A DNA stretch of 50,509 nucleotides, filler included, from Sphacelaria rigidula (taxonomy: Eukaryota), in the NCBI GenBank assembly GCA_964200075.2. It is 2 parts of 2 records of this genome, joined end to end, with 100 filler letters (N's around TTAATTAATTAA, not from the genome) between each part and the next. Parts side by side here need not be neighbours in the genome. Positions count along the whole stretch, not along the records: positions 1 to 25,208 come from CAXNAA020000173.1; 1 more part is not named here. The stretch is one strand, 5' to 3'. The position numbers and the translations under genes are program-made. This document shows positions 13,347-23,624 of the stretch, piece by piece (position 1 is the first letter of the stretch; every line of letters begins with the position of its first letter). The notes beneath the pieces are model-generated. The model worked only from the letters and a program-made list of their open reading frames with translations, was not told the origin of the DNA and made no database searches.

Positions 13347-13711
13347 TGCGCCCAGAAGGGTTGCTTGAAGTGATCACAACATGGCATGACGGGCGTCAAC
13401 GTCGTGGAGGTGCCGACGGTCGATGAAGTAAACAACAGAGTGCGGTTAAAGAGGGCATCTCCAAACGACTATCGTACGGTGTAGCGGGAAGCCGGGTGGC
13501 GGAGTTCTGTGCTGGTCATGCTAGACAAGGGATGATCGATGTGAGGAGCAAGACGTGCGGCAACGAGGGCTGCTCCAAACGACCATCTTACGGTGTAGCG
13601 GGGAATCGAAAGGCGGAGTTGTGTGCCGAGCACACCAGGGTGGGGATAATGGATGTGAGGAGCAAGAAGTGCGGCAACGAGGGCTGCTGGTAGAACCCAT
13701 CGTATGGTGTT
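13347..13711 (+). pseudogene. Disrupted 5' EsV-1-7 repeats upstream of the main ORF
   Basis: Same frame as the main ORF from ~13450, but TGG TAG AAC at 13688-13696 replaces TGG AAG AAC of sister repeats. Further degenerate units at ~13441 (1-nt frameshift) and ~13347 (CAQKGCLK*). Confidence 0.75.
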
Positions 13712-16195
13712 GTGGGAAGCAGGTTGGCGGAGTTCTGTGCCGAGCACGCAAGAGGTGGGATGGTCAATATAGTGAGCAAGAAGTGCAGCAACGAGGGCTG
13801 CTCCAAACAACCATCGTACGGTGTAGCGGGAAGCCGGGTGGCGGAGTTCTGTGCTGATCACGCTAGACAAGGGATGATCGATGTGAGGAGCAAGACGTGC
13901 GGCAACGAGGGCTGCTCCAAACGACCATCTTACGGTGTAGCGGGAAATCGGAAGGCGGAGTTCTGTGCCGAGCACGCCAGGGTGGGGATGATCGATGTGA
14001 GGAGCAAGAAGTGCGGCAACGAGGGCTGCTCCAAACGACCATCTTACGGTGTAGCGGAAAATCGGAAGGCGGAGTTCTGTGCTGATCACGCTCAGGGAGG
14101 AATGATTGATGTTGTGAGGAAAAAGTGCGGCAACGAGGGCTGCTTCAAACGACCATCGTATGGTGTTGTGGGAAGCAGGGTGGCGGAGTTCTGTGCCAAG
14201 CACGCGAGAGGTGGGATGGTCAATGTAGTGAGCCAGAAGTGCGGCAACGAGGGCTGCTCCAAACAACCATCGTACGGTGTAGCGGGAAATCGGAAGGCGG
14301 AGTTCTGTGCTGATCACGCTAGACAAGGGATGATCGATGTGAGGAGCAAGAAGTGCGGCAACAAGGGCTGCTCCAAACGATCATATTACGGTGTAGCGGG
14401 AAATCGGAAGGCGGAGTTCTGTGCTGATCACGCTGAGGGAGGAATGGTTGATGTTGTGAGGAAAAAGTGCGGCAACGAGGGCTGCTGGAAGAACCCATCG
14501 TATGGTGTTGTGGGAAGCCGGGTGGCAGAGTTCTGTGCTGATCACGCTAGACAAGGGATGATCGATGTAAGGAGCAAGAAGTGCGGCAACGAGGGCTGCT
14601 GGAAGAACCCATCTTATGGTGTAGCGGGAAGCCGGAAGGCGGAGTTCTGTGCTGATCACGCTGAGGGAGGAATGATTAATGTTGTGAGCAAGAAGTGCGG
14701 CAGTGAGGGCTGCTTCAAACGACCATATTACGGTGTAATCGGAAGTCGGAAGGCGGAGTTCTGTGCTGATCACGCTGAGGGAGGAATGACTGATGTTGTG
14801 AGCAAGAAGTGCGGCAGTGAGGGCTGCTTCAAACGACCATCTTACGGTGTAATCGGAAGTCGGAAGGCGGAGTTCTGTGCCGACCACGCGAGGGTGGGGA
14901 TGGTCGGTTTGAGGAGCAAGAAGGGCAGCAATGAGGACTGCTCGAAGAACCCATCGTATGGTAAAGCGGGAACCCGGGTGGCAAAATTCTGTGCCGACAA
15001 CGCCAGAGTAGGGGTGGAAAATGTGAGGAGGAAGGAGTGCGGCAACAAGGGCTGCTTTGGACAACCATCTAACGGTGTAGCGGGAAGGCGGAAGGCGGAG
15101 TTCCGTGTCAAGCACGCCAGAGTGGGGATGATCGATGTGAGGAGCAACAAGTGCGGCAACGAGGGGTTCTCCAAACAGCCATCTTACGGTGCAGCTGGAA
15201 GCAGGGAAAGACTCTTCTGGGGCGACCACTCAGGGACAGGTATGGTCAATGTAGCGAGCGAGAAGTGCGGTGAGAAGGGCCCCTTCATACAACCATTGGA
15301 CGGTGTAACGGAAAACCGCGAGGCAGAGGCCTATACTGACCACGTCAGGGCGGGGATTGTCGATGTAGTAAATATAAAATGCGTCAACGAAGGCTGCTCC
15401 AAGAAACCCTATTACGGTGCAGCGGGATATCGGGCGACGAAATTCTGTTCAAATCACCTAAGGGTGGGGATGGTTGATGTAGCGAGCAACAGGTGCGGTA
15501 ACAAGGGCTGCTCCAAACATTCATCTTATGGCGGAAGGGGAAGTCGGAACGCGCAGTTCTGTGCTGATCACGTGAGGGCGGGGATGGTGAATGTTATGAG
15601 CAACAAGTACGGCAACGAGGGCTGCTCGAACCGGCGTGTGAATCGCGCGGATGATGTCGAACAGGGTAACGTTTGCCAACATGCCGTATCGCAAGCAACC
15701 AGGCGGGGGCAACGTGGAGACATCTTCGATGAAAATTTCACTAATGGCGGACAACCCGATTATTCTACCAGTCACGGGGGTGGTGCGGGTGATGTTGGGT
15801 TTGGCCCTGATTTGCTCGTAAGTTCTGAACTTGTTGGTACCGCGTCGTCGCAGGCTGCCGAGGGTGCCGAACGCGGACCTCTGAGGACAAGGCCGCACGC
15901 GAGGGTGAAATTGGAAGCGTCTGCTCTCCTTCAGCGTTCCCGGCAAAGCTTTCGAAGGAGGGTTGGCGTGACCACCTCCTCTGATGAAGGTGGGGGCAGC
16001 AAGATTGGCAGTACGTCCAGCGGTAGTTGCGATGAAAGAATGAAGAAGCGGATTTGCAGGACGCCGTCGACAGTTGGCGAACACCTTCCGGCAGAGGACG
16101 CTGTTGTCGATGCTTCTTCAGTGGTGTTTTATGGTAGAGAGGAAGGCGTGAAGGTGGAGCTGGCAGTTCCGGCCCCGTTTCCCCCCCTTGCGTGA
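13712..16195 (+). CDS. EsV-1-7 domain (cysteine-rich repeat) protein, intronless; 16 full 38-aa repeats in this ORF plus a low-complexity C-terminal tail
   Basis: 114-nt/38-aa units of the form CGNEGCSKRPSYGVAGNRKAEFCADHARQGMIDVRSKK (C-x4-C-x16-C-x2-H). This matches the EsV-1-7 repeat of brown algal IMM-family and phaeovirus EsV-1 proteins. First in-frame ATG is at 13760. Confidence 0.85.
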   Translation: MGSRLAEFCAEHARGGMVNIVSKKCSNEGCSKQPSYGVAGSRVAEFCADHARQGMIDVRSKTCGNEGCSKRPSYGVAGNRKAEFCAEHARVGMIDVRSKKCGNEGCSKRPSYGVAENRKAEFCADHAQGGMIDVVRKKCGNEGCFKRPSYGVVGSRVAEFCAKHARGGMVNVVSQKCGNEGCSKQPSYGVAGNRKAEFCADHARQGMIDVRSKKCGNKGCSKRSYYGVAGNRKAEFCADHAEGGMVDVVRKKCGNEGCWKNPSYGVVGSRVAEFCADHARQGMIDVRSKKCGNEGCWKNPSYGVAGSRKAEFCADHAEGGMINVVSKKCGSEGCFKRPYYGVIGSRKAEFCADHAEGGMTDVVSKKCGSEGCFKRPSYGVIGSRKAEFCADHARVGMVGLRSKKGSNEDCSKNPSYGKAGTRVAKFCADNARVGVENVRRKECGNKGCFGQPSNGVAGRRKAEFRVKHARVGMIDVRSNKCGNEGFSKQPSYGAAGSRERLFWGDHSGTGMVNVASEKCGEKGPFIQPLDGVTENREAEAYTDHVRAGIVDVVNIKCVNEGCSKKPYYGAAGYRATKFCSNHLRVGMVDVASNRCGNKGCSKHSSYGGRGSRNAQFCADHVRAGMVNVMSNKYGNEGCSNRRVNRADDVEQGNVCQHAVSQATRRGQRGDIFDENFTNGGQPDYSTSHGGGAGDVGFGPDLLVSSELVGTASSQAAEGAERGPLRTRPHARVKLEASALLQRSRQSFRRRVGVTTSSDEGGGSKIGSTSSGSCDERMKKRICRTPSTVGEHLPAEDAVVDASSVVFYGREEGVKVELAVPAPFPPLA

Positions 16196-19100
16196 CTGTT
16201 ATCAACACGAACGCGAGTCAGTGATTATGACATACTCGTTGCACGCCGATCTGTAGCTCAGCGCCAGTCGTTTCCTCAAGGGTTTGGTGGTATATTCAAA
16301 TGCGCCGCCCCAGCCCCCGTTTTCGTGCGTGTCGGTGCGACAGGGTAGAGATGTTCTCGTGTTACCATGATGATGTCTGCGCCGGAATTCTGTTGTTCGT
16401 TCGACGAGGTGCTCTGTTGAAGACGCAGTTTCCACGAGTGTGTTTTTGTTGTTGTAGCGGGCATGAACGCTGTTATGTCTGTCCTGGTGGTTGACACCAC
16501 TACAGCGTAGTACAGAATGCTCATGCGTCAGGTGCTGCTGTGCTGTGAGTATTGTAGCATCTATTCGCTGGGAACAAATCGTGTGTCGCCAATGGAAGAA
16601 CCGGCTTGTCGAGGATGTCACATGCTCGTAAGAAACCGTATGACCCGTGCACTTGCCAACGTCCAATACTTAACAGAGTGCACATGTGTGTCAAGGGTGT
16701 TAGACGATTAAGCGAAGAGTGTAGTCCTGGTATCGTGGATCAGAGGGACAGGCTTTGACAGTACGCTTTCGGCGTGAGTGGTGAGAATATACGGAAATAA
16801 TTGCAAGCTATTCGTCACCGGGTCTACAGCAGCTTGTACATTACTTCCGCGGTTAAAAGAGGGTATGGCATCCGTTTAGCATCCACCGGTGCTTCTGCCC
16901 CATTCTCCGCTTTCTCTCGTCCTTGTTGTGGCAGCAACAGTAGCTGACCGGTCTTTATCGATTTCAACGTTTTGGCTATAACTGCATCTGTGCTATAGAC
17001 CGTGAAAAAGATCTGAAGAGGGTCGCACTGTTTTGCCTCTAGTGGGACCAGCCTATGGAAGCCTGTATTGATGCGGAGAAAATTCAAGTTAGGCCTGTCA
17101 AGTAACAGCCGATCATCAAAAATGAGGATTGGGCTTTTCATTGAGGATGAGAACCCGGAGAATTAAAATTCCTTCGAGGCCCGTAGGGCTGAAAAGGCTT
17201 CTACTGATTCTAGATCCAAAAAGTGTCCTTTCCATCTCGACCTTATTTCGAGGCTCCGAACCACGCACATTTCTTCCCCGAATTGATTCGAAGCCGCGCT
17301 GCGCAAACATACCACCCCATCGTTCTTCTAACATCAATGGAGACACCCTAAATAAGTTTCAGCTTCATTGGTGCTCATGGCGTTGTGTTTCGCTTCTGTC
17401 TCTGGGCGCACTCAAGAACGCCCACAATTCCACCCCTTTCGAGCAGCGCGAGTCTTAATTGAGCTTCTCGGACCTGAATGTCGCAACTTCAATCGAGGTA
17501 CTTTTGGAGATTGGAGACATCACACGCAGCAGCCGGCGCTCCGAATCACTTTGAACACCCTCAATAAGGTTCACCTTCATTGCTGCTTTCTTCGTTGTGT
17601 TCGCTTGTGCGTGCCGACGCTGTCCGTGGCTGAGGTGAAGGCGGTATCAAAGTATATGATCGAGCTATCAGCCATCGGGCACACGATTGATCTGAGCGAA
17701 ACTCGGTTTCCATGTCGACAAACGGCGAGCGTACGGGTTCCCCTCATCGAAGAGTACGAGGACGGTAGAGACGTTCACTGACTGAGATCGGGTTGTCAGG
17801 GCGTGAAGGTTTGCCCAGAGAGCGAATAGGTCAGATAACAAGGATGGACCGACTAGAAAATCGGTCTAAGGAGGAGCGACAAGAAGATGAGCCTGGCTAT
17901 AGTCGAATCCACAAGGAGTTCGCATCTACTGTCGTCATCGCTGTCTGTCTTGGTCACTCTCCTGTCTTTCCTGTCTCGCCTCTTCTCAGTCTACAGCCAA
18001 GAATTCGTGTAATGTGTACTGAGGGTGCCTTTCCTCTGGTGAATATTTGACGTCGGCAACCCAAGGCAAGGCGTGTGTGGTCTGTTTGTAGCGTCGTGAC
18101 CCAGTGAGAGGATGGGGTGCAGACTCGACTCAGATGGTCGATCAATGGACACGACTGCGATAGTCGATCAATGGACACGGCTGACTGCCGATCAAGATGA
18201 GATAGAAATGTATATAAAGCTTTGTTGACGAAGAGGGAAGGAAGGGGGGTGATCGCAGTTGGGTTCAAGGTCCCAACATGCGACGAGCACCACTCACGTA
18301 TGTCCAGTCACAAACATCACAATATAAAGTCATCCCGCGTAGTACCCGGAATTCAAACAGGTATATCACTAGACTGTTGTACCTTACCCTGACTAGGTGT
18401 ATCTTACTGACCACCGCAGGCTATCCTACGAACACCCCCCCCATTGACTACAGCGTCAAATGTAAGGTTCAAGGATCATGCTCAGTGAACAGAACTACCC
18501 ACCGGAAAAAGAACTCTTCCGCTCACGGTGCATTCAGCAGGTGTATCCTCTCAAGAAATGAATTTCATCAACAACCGTAAAACCACCGTAAATCCCACAA
18601 CTCGTCGCTTCTTTCAACGACTATGGGACCAGCCAAGAATCAAATACATTGGTACATTTCTCTTCACACCAAGACAAAATAACAGGGATGGATGAGCTAT
18701 GTGTTTCACCACACTGTAGCTCCTGATGGTCAACCCAAGCGAAACGCAAGTCAAATTCTTCAACTGTACTTGCCCATGCCCCTCACAATAGCGTGGATGG
18801 TCGTACTTAGCATTCGAGTAACCTGCACTACGCACGCGAGACCAAGCTCCTAGGTAACATGTATGAACCCACACAACACGGTGCAGTTGAAAAATTTCGA
18901 AACTCGGATCACATGTTGCAAAATCCGCTTCACAGTCAGTCAGCTGCCTACAGTACAATAATCAAATTTCAAAATTCAAATTCAGCAATCCATACTACAG
19001 TAGTGCCTACGTCATCAAACCAAACTAGACACCCACTACATCTACTTAACCCCTTATTCCCCCTCGGTGACCGGCGGAGCAAAGCAGCTCAACGCCTCCA

Positions 19101-19469
19101 GACAAAACACACGATCAGCATCAGCCACCCCCAATTCTTGCTAATCAAAGTCTTCCCCCCCCCGCTTCTAGGCCACGGGGAAGGAGTGCTGCATTCATCA
19201 TCTTTCCCCCGTAGCGGGGAGATTTGCAGCGAGGGGTTGATCTTGATCCTGGTCGGTCACCGCCCTTCAAAACCAACCGTCACGTCATGCTCGTCTCAGC
19301 CTTACAGACAGCACCTGTGTCGGGCAAAAATGGTTTTTGGAGGCTCAGCGTCTCACAGATCGTGCAGACCCGAGGGGAATGGGCAGTGGGACAACAGAAA
19401 GGAAAAGTATTCATATCCATGTTACTCAGGCGCGTCAATCACCAACCGATAAACATACTCTCACCACGT

Positions 19470-19952
19470 ACCGTACTAACACTATATTCGTGAGATTCAG
19501 AACGTAGTTTTAGGTTCAGAGTAAGACCCGAAACAATTGACTTTCCCGTCGATTTTGACATCGCCACAGTTTGAGGAGTAATGCGCCCAGCTGATGGAGC
19601 GGTGGCTCCAATGGAAGCTGTCACCTACACAATCATTTTGACACGTCACTTGATCGAAACGAGGTAGTCAGTCCATTGCAACAAAAGATCCCCTCTTTCA
19701 GGAAAAACCGATTAGTGCCTGAAACAGTTTCAGTTCCGAAATGCCCCCCATGCGTAAAAATGCTTCGTGCCGTATCTCACCAACCAGACCGCCGAATTCC
19801 TCGAATGGGGTACTGTACGGTAGCTGCATGCACAGGACGTGTGCTCAAGCAAAAAAACAGGGAAAACGTTGTCTGTTAGGAACGCTAGAGCATCCACTCT
19901 GAATCTGAAACTACGTTCTGAATCTCACGAATATATAGTGTTTACTATGGTG
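19470..19952. mobile_element. ~480-bp TIR element nested in the LTR retroelement
   Basis: ~50-bp inverted repeats: ACACTATATTCGTGAGATTCAGAACGTAGTTTTAGGTTCAGAGT (~19479-19522) vs ACTCTGAATCTGAAACTACGTTCTGAATCTCACGAATATATAGTGT (19896-19941). Outer limits are approximate. Confidence 0.7.
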
Positions 19953-21134
19953 TCGCGTTACGGCAGTCGCGAACGCACACCCACATATTTCACGTGGATC
20001 CAGAACTATTATTTCAACTCTTCACTTCTCCTTCACATACAACACATGGATCAAACGGCAGTTCGGCCGCTACCATCCTGGTTGCATGAAACAGTACACT
20101 TTGCCTTTTACATGCCGTGCCAACATGTGTAAAACTGTATGGAATTCGCCTGGCCAGCCAACCGAGCAACGACCAGCTCCCATATGGGTGATACAATGCA
20201 CTCTTCTTTATCATGCTGTGCACATGAACCGCATCTCGCACATAACGTCAGCTCTATCTGTTAGCCATCAAATATGGATCACATGCGTTTTGCTGACCTG
20301 TAGCATAGGAATTTCATTTGTGCCCACAGTAAGTCTTCCGATATTATCATGATCAGGCCAAGCTACTAGTATTGCGCTATACTCAGTCCTTGCTCCTACC
20401 ATAACAACGATGTCTTATCAACCAATCCAGTCAAGAAGCCGATGCCTCGCGAATCCTACACCTCTCGGAATGATAACAACTTTTTTACTTAGATGTCGAG
20501 TTTCGGAACCCACCTCAAAACTTGTGGTCTCAACCATCATTCGTCCGCATACCCCTCTGCGGAACATTTTACCGACATCACCCTCTAGTCTAGTCAGACA
20601 GTGGTGCCCCACGTGCCTGTACTCACCAAGGCGACGAACAAGGTTCCACCCCAACCGATCGAGTAAGGGTGTGGTGCCCCACAGTCCTGCGCTCATCGGG
20701 GTGTCAAAAATATTACACATAAGCGTTGAGTTTCGGCATCCATGTCAAAACGTGTTCTCAACACTCTTCACGCACTTCACTCTGAGCAATTTTACCGACA
20801 CCGTTCCACAGTCAAGTCAAGTCGCGGTGCCCCGCTCTCCTCACACTTACAAAAACGGCAGACGATCTTCTACTCATCAATCGAGTCAAAACGAACGCGC
20901 AAAGTAAGTCTGCACTCATCGAGATAGAAATTCGTCAAACATCAACACTGAGTTTCGGTGTCCACATCAAAAAGATGATCTCAGCATTGTCCAGAGATAT
21001 CCAACATTTCGATCCACCTGGGCAACAACCTTTCCTTGGGTACATGAATCGCTACCTTCATGACGGTCACGAACACTCAAAACATAAAAACAAAGGGCTA
21101 TTTGAGTCATACATAGGTCTCATGCCATCATTTT

Positions 21135-22007
21135 TCAAAAGTCTTCTGCGTCCGCTCCCGAACATACTGAAGTATCGCTACTACCCGACGACCCTACTGC
21201 CATCGCTGTATCTTCGTTTTCTCTTGTATTACAATCCTGAAAAGAGTGTCCCTTTTTGCCGCATCTCATACAATGTCGTTCCGGACAGTCACGCGCGAAG
21301 TGTGCTGTTGGCTTCCGGCAAATCCAACACCGTCTCTCCTTTACAGAACCATTTTTCACGCCCATCAGGTTCCGAATCCCCCGTATCTCCCGAGGTCCCT
21401 TGTAAATTCGTAAATTCCTTTTTCGACTTCCCTTGCCACTTCACGGGGGTCCTGGCCAGTTTCCTGTGTCATACGGAAATATTTCCCGTCTGTCAGGTGA
21501 GGCGCTTATGAAAACTGCGGCACTAACTTGTGTCAGGGAATCATCATCACGGAACAACGGCCAATTTTTCTCCTTACTGTCAAACTTCTCATCGAGTCTT
21601 TCATCAACACGAAAACAACTCTTCACGCCTAGATGAGGGTAGTAAGCCGGGGACTCCTCGTTCATACTTACATGGGCGGATCCATTGCCCGTGGATCCTC
21701 GGAGAGGGCCTGATGCAATCCCTACACCAAGTGGTGACCGGACCCTCCCTGTTCCGGCACCGGCGACGGTGTGCCTTCCGTCGCCTGCCTCCCCCTCCTC
21801 GTCCACTGCCGCTCCGGGGCCAGTGGACGATGTCCCGCGCACTAACTGGGACACCATCATCTTCTTCAGCTCCGCCAGCTGCTCGGTGATACCCGCCACC
21901 GATCCTTGCAAGCTGGTGACATTCTCTTTCACCTCCAGCATCTCCGTTGGAGACGATGTGTCTCCCACGACAGCTGAGTGTCTTTCCGCAGTGCTCCAGT
22001 CCGCCAT
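21135..22007 (-). pseudogene. Gag remnant: coiled-coil N-terminus and two CCHC zinc knuckles, in separate ORFs
   Basis: MADWSTAERH...SLQGSVAGITEQLAELKKMM (21441-22007) and CWICRKPTAHFARDCPERHCMRCGKKGHSFQDC (21135-21365), immediately inside the 5' LTR. Confidence 0.75.
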
Positions 22008-22410
22008 CGGTCCCTTGGCCACAAAGCTCCCAAGTTGGGTTGGGTTGGGGGTCTAGAGTGTTTGTAGGTTCGTGACCCCGTGAGAGGATGGGGTACAGAC
22101 TCGACTCAGATAGTCGATCAATGGACACGACTGCGATAGTCGATCGATGGACACGGCTGACTGCCGATCAAGATGAGGTATAAATGTAAATAAAGCTTTG
22201 TTGATGAAGAGGGAAGGAAGGGGAGTGATCCCAGTAGGCACCAAAGTCTCAGGATGTGACAAGCACCACTCACGTATGTCCAGTCACTAACATCACAATA
22301 TAAAGTCATCCTGCATAGTACCCGGAACTCAAACAGATATATCACTAGACTGTTGTACCTTACCCTGACTTGGTGTATCTTACTGAACACCGCAGGCCAT
22401 CCCACGAACA

Positions 22411-23372
22411 CATGGGATGAGCGCAGACAGGTATTTCAATCGCTGGTGGTGGACATAAGCTATGTCCAACTCGCGACTTGGACGTACAGCCTATGCCCAC
22501 CTCCAGTCGGGCGGTGGTATTTTATATTTGTTGGCCTTGTGCAGCAGCGCGTCTCTCGCTCGCTACGAGGCCGTTTTGACCGTGCGATGGCTTGAACGGT
22601 TGCTGCGGACTGTGTGAGTGTATTGTAGGTTCTGTAGTGTCGATGCAAGGCATATGGGACGAGCGCAGACAGGTATTTCAATCGCTGGTGGTGGACATAA
22701 GCTATGTCCAACTCGAGACTTGTACATGGTAGCTCATGTCCACCACCAGTCGGGCGGCGGTATTTTTTGGCACTGGGCAGCAGGCGTGTTTCTCGTCCGC
22801 TACGAGGCCGTTTTGACCGTGCGATGGCTTGAACGGTTGCTGCGGACTGTGTGAGTGTATTGCAGGTTCTGTAGTGTCGATGCAAGGCATATGGAACGAG
22901 CGCGGACAGGTATTTCAATCGCTGGTGGTGGACATGAGCTATGTCCAACTCGAGACTTGTACATGGTAGCTCATGTCCACCACCAGTCGGGCGGCGGTAT
23001 TTTTTGGCACTGGGCAGCAGGCGTGTTTCTCGCTCGCTACGAGGCCGTTTTGACCGTGCGATGGCTTGAACGGTGGCTGCGGACTGTGTGCGTGTATTGC
23101 AGGTTCTGCAGTGTCGATGCAAGGCACATGGGACGAGCGCGGACAGGTATTTCAATCGCCGGTGGTGGACATAAGCTATGCCCAAGTCGCGACTTGTACA
23201 TGGTAGCTCATGTCCACCACCAGTCGGGCGGCGGTATTTTTTTGGCACTGTGCAGCAGGCGCGTTTCTCGCTCGCTACGAGGCCGTTTTGACCGTGCGAT
23301 GGCTTGAACGGTGGCTACGGACTGTGTGAGTGTATCGCAGGTGTTGTCGTGTCGATGTAAGGCACATGGGAC
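22411..23372. repeat. Tandem array of ~4 x 237-bp units, each with a ~65-bp palindrome
   Basis: Units start near 22411, 22651, 22888, 23126 and (partial) 23363. Units 2-4 contain CTGGTGGTGGACAT(G/A)AGCTA...TAGCTCATGTCCACCACCAG around a near-palindromic TGTCCAA.TCG.GACTTG.ACA core; unit 1 is more degenerate. Confidence 0.9.
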
Positions 23373-23413
23373 CAACGCGGGCGGGTAGTCAAATCGCAGC
23401 TGGTGATGGACAT

Positions 23414-23624
23414 TGTAATGCTTGAGAGTACCGCGTGCTTAGAGGACCGCATCGGAATTGAATCACCCCTATGGATAGGGTTCGGGTTAGTGTTGGTGTT
23501 GGGGTTAGGGTGAGGGGCGTGGTACCTGCAGGGACTGACCCGATTGGTTTTTAAAAACGTCGATCCTGAGGTATTTTGAACTACGGCGCGGTCCTCTAAG
23601 CACGCGGTCCTCTCACGCATTACA
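23414..23624. mobile_element. 211-bp MITE with TGT...ACA termini, 5-bp TSD and telomere-like core
   Basis: TIRs TGTAATGCTTGAGAGTACCGCGTGCTTAGAGGACCGC / GCGGTCCTCTAAGCACGCGGTCCTCTCACGCATTACA. Perfect GACAT duplication at 23409-23413 and 23625-23629. Second copy at 1-127. Confidence 0.85.

Larger units (their letters stand above)
18083..22410 (-). mobile_element. Decayed, non-autonomous LTR retrotransposon (~4.3 kb)
   Basis: 352-bp direct repeats at 18083-18434 and 22059-22410 with TGTT...AACA ends, about 91% identical by manual count. G8 polypurine tract on the minus strand at 18435-18442 abuts the 3' LTR. Gag remnants are present, but no intact pol. Confidence 0.9.

Noticed and set aside
13469-15229. 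Long antisense ORFs (285 and 282 aa) with repeats
   Set aside because: Shadow frames of the 114-nt EsV-1-7 repeat; repeating a stop-free unit produces them automatically.
22460-23248. 262-aa ORF with 79-aa repeats
   Set aside because: Translation of the 237-bp (multiple of 3) tandem repeat; no protein-like signature.
22411-23372. CRISPR-like arrangement of palindromic repeats
   Set aside because: The inter-palindrome sequences are themselves repeated rather than unique spacers, there are no cas genes, and the context is eukaryotic.
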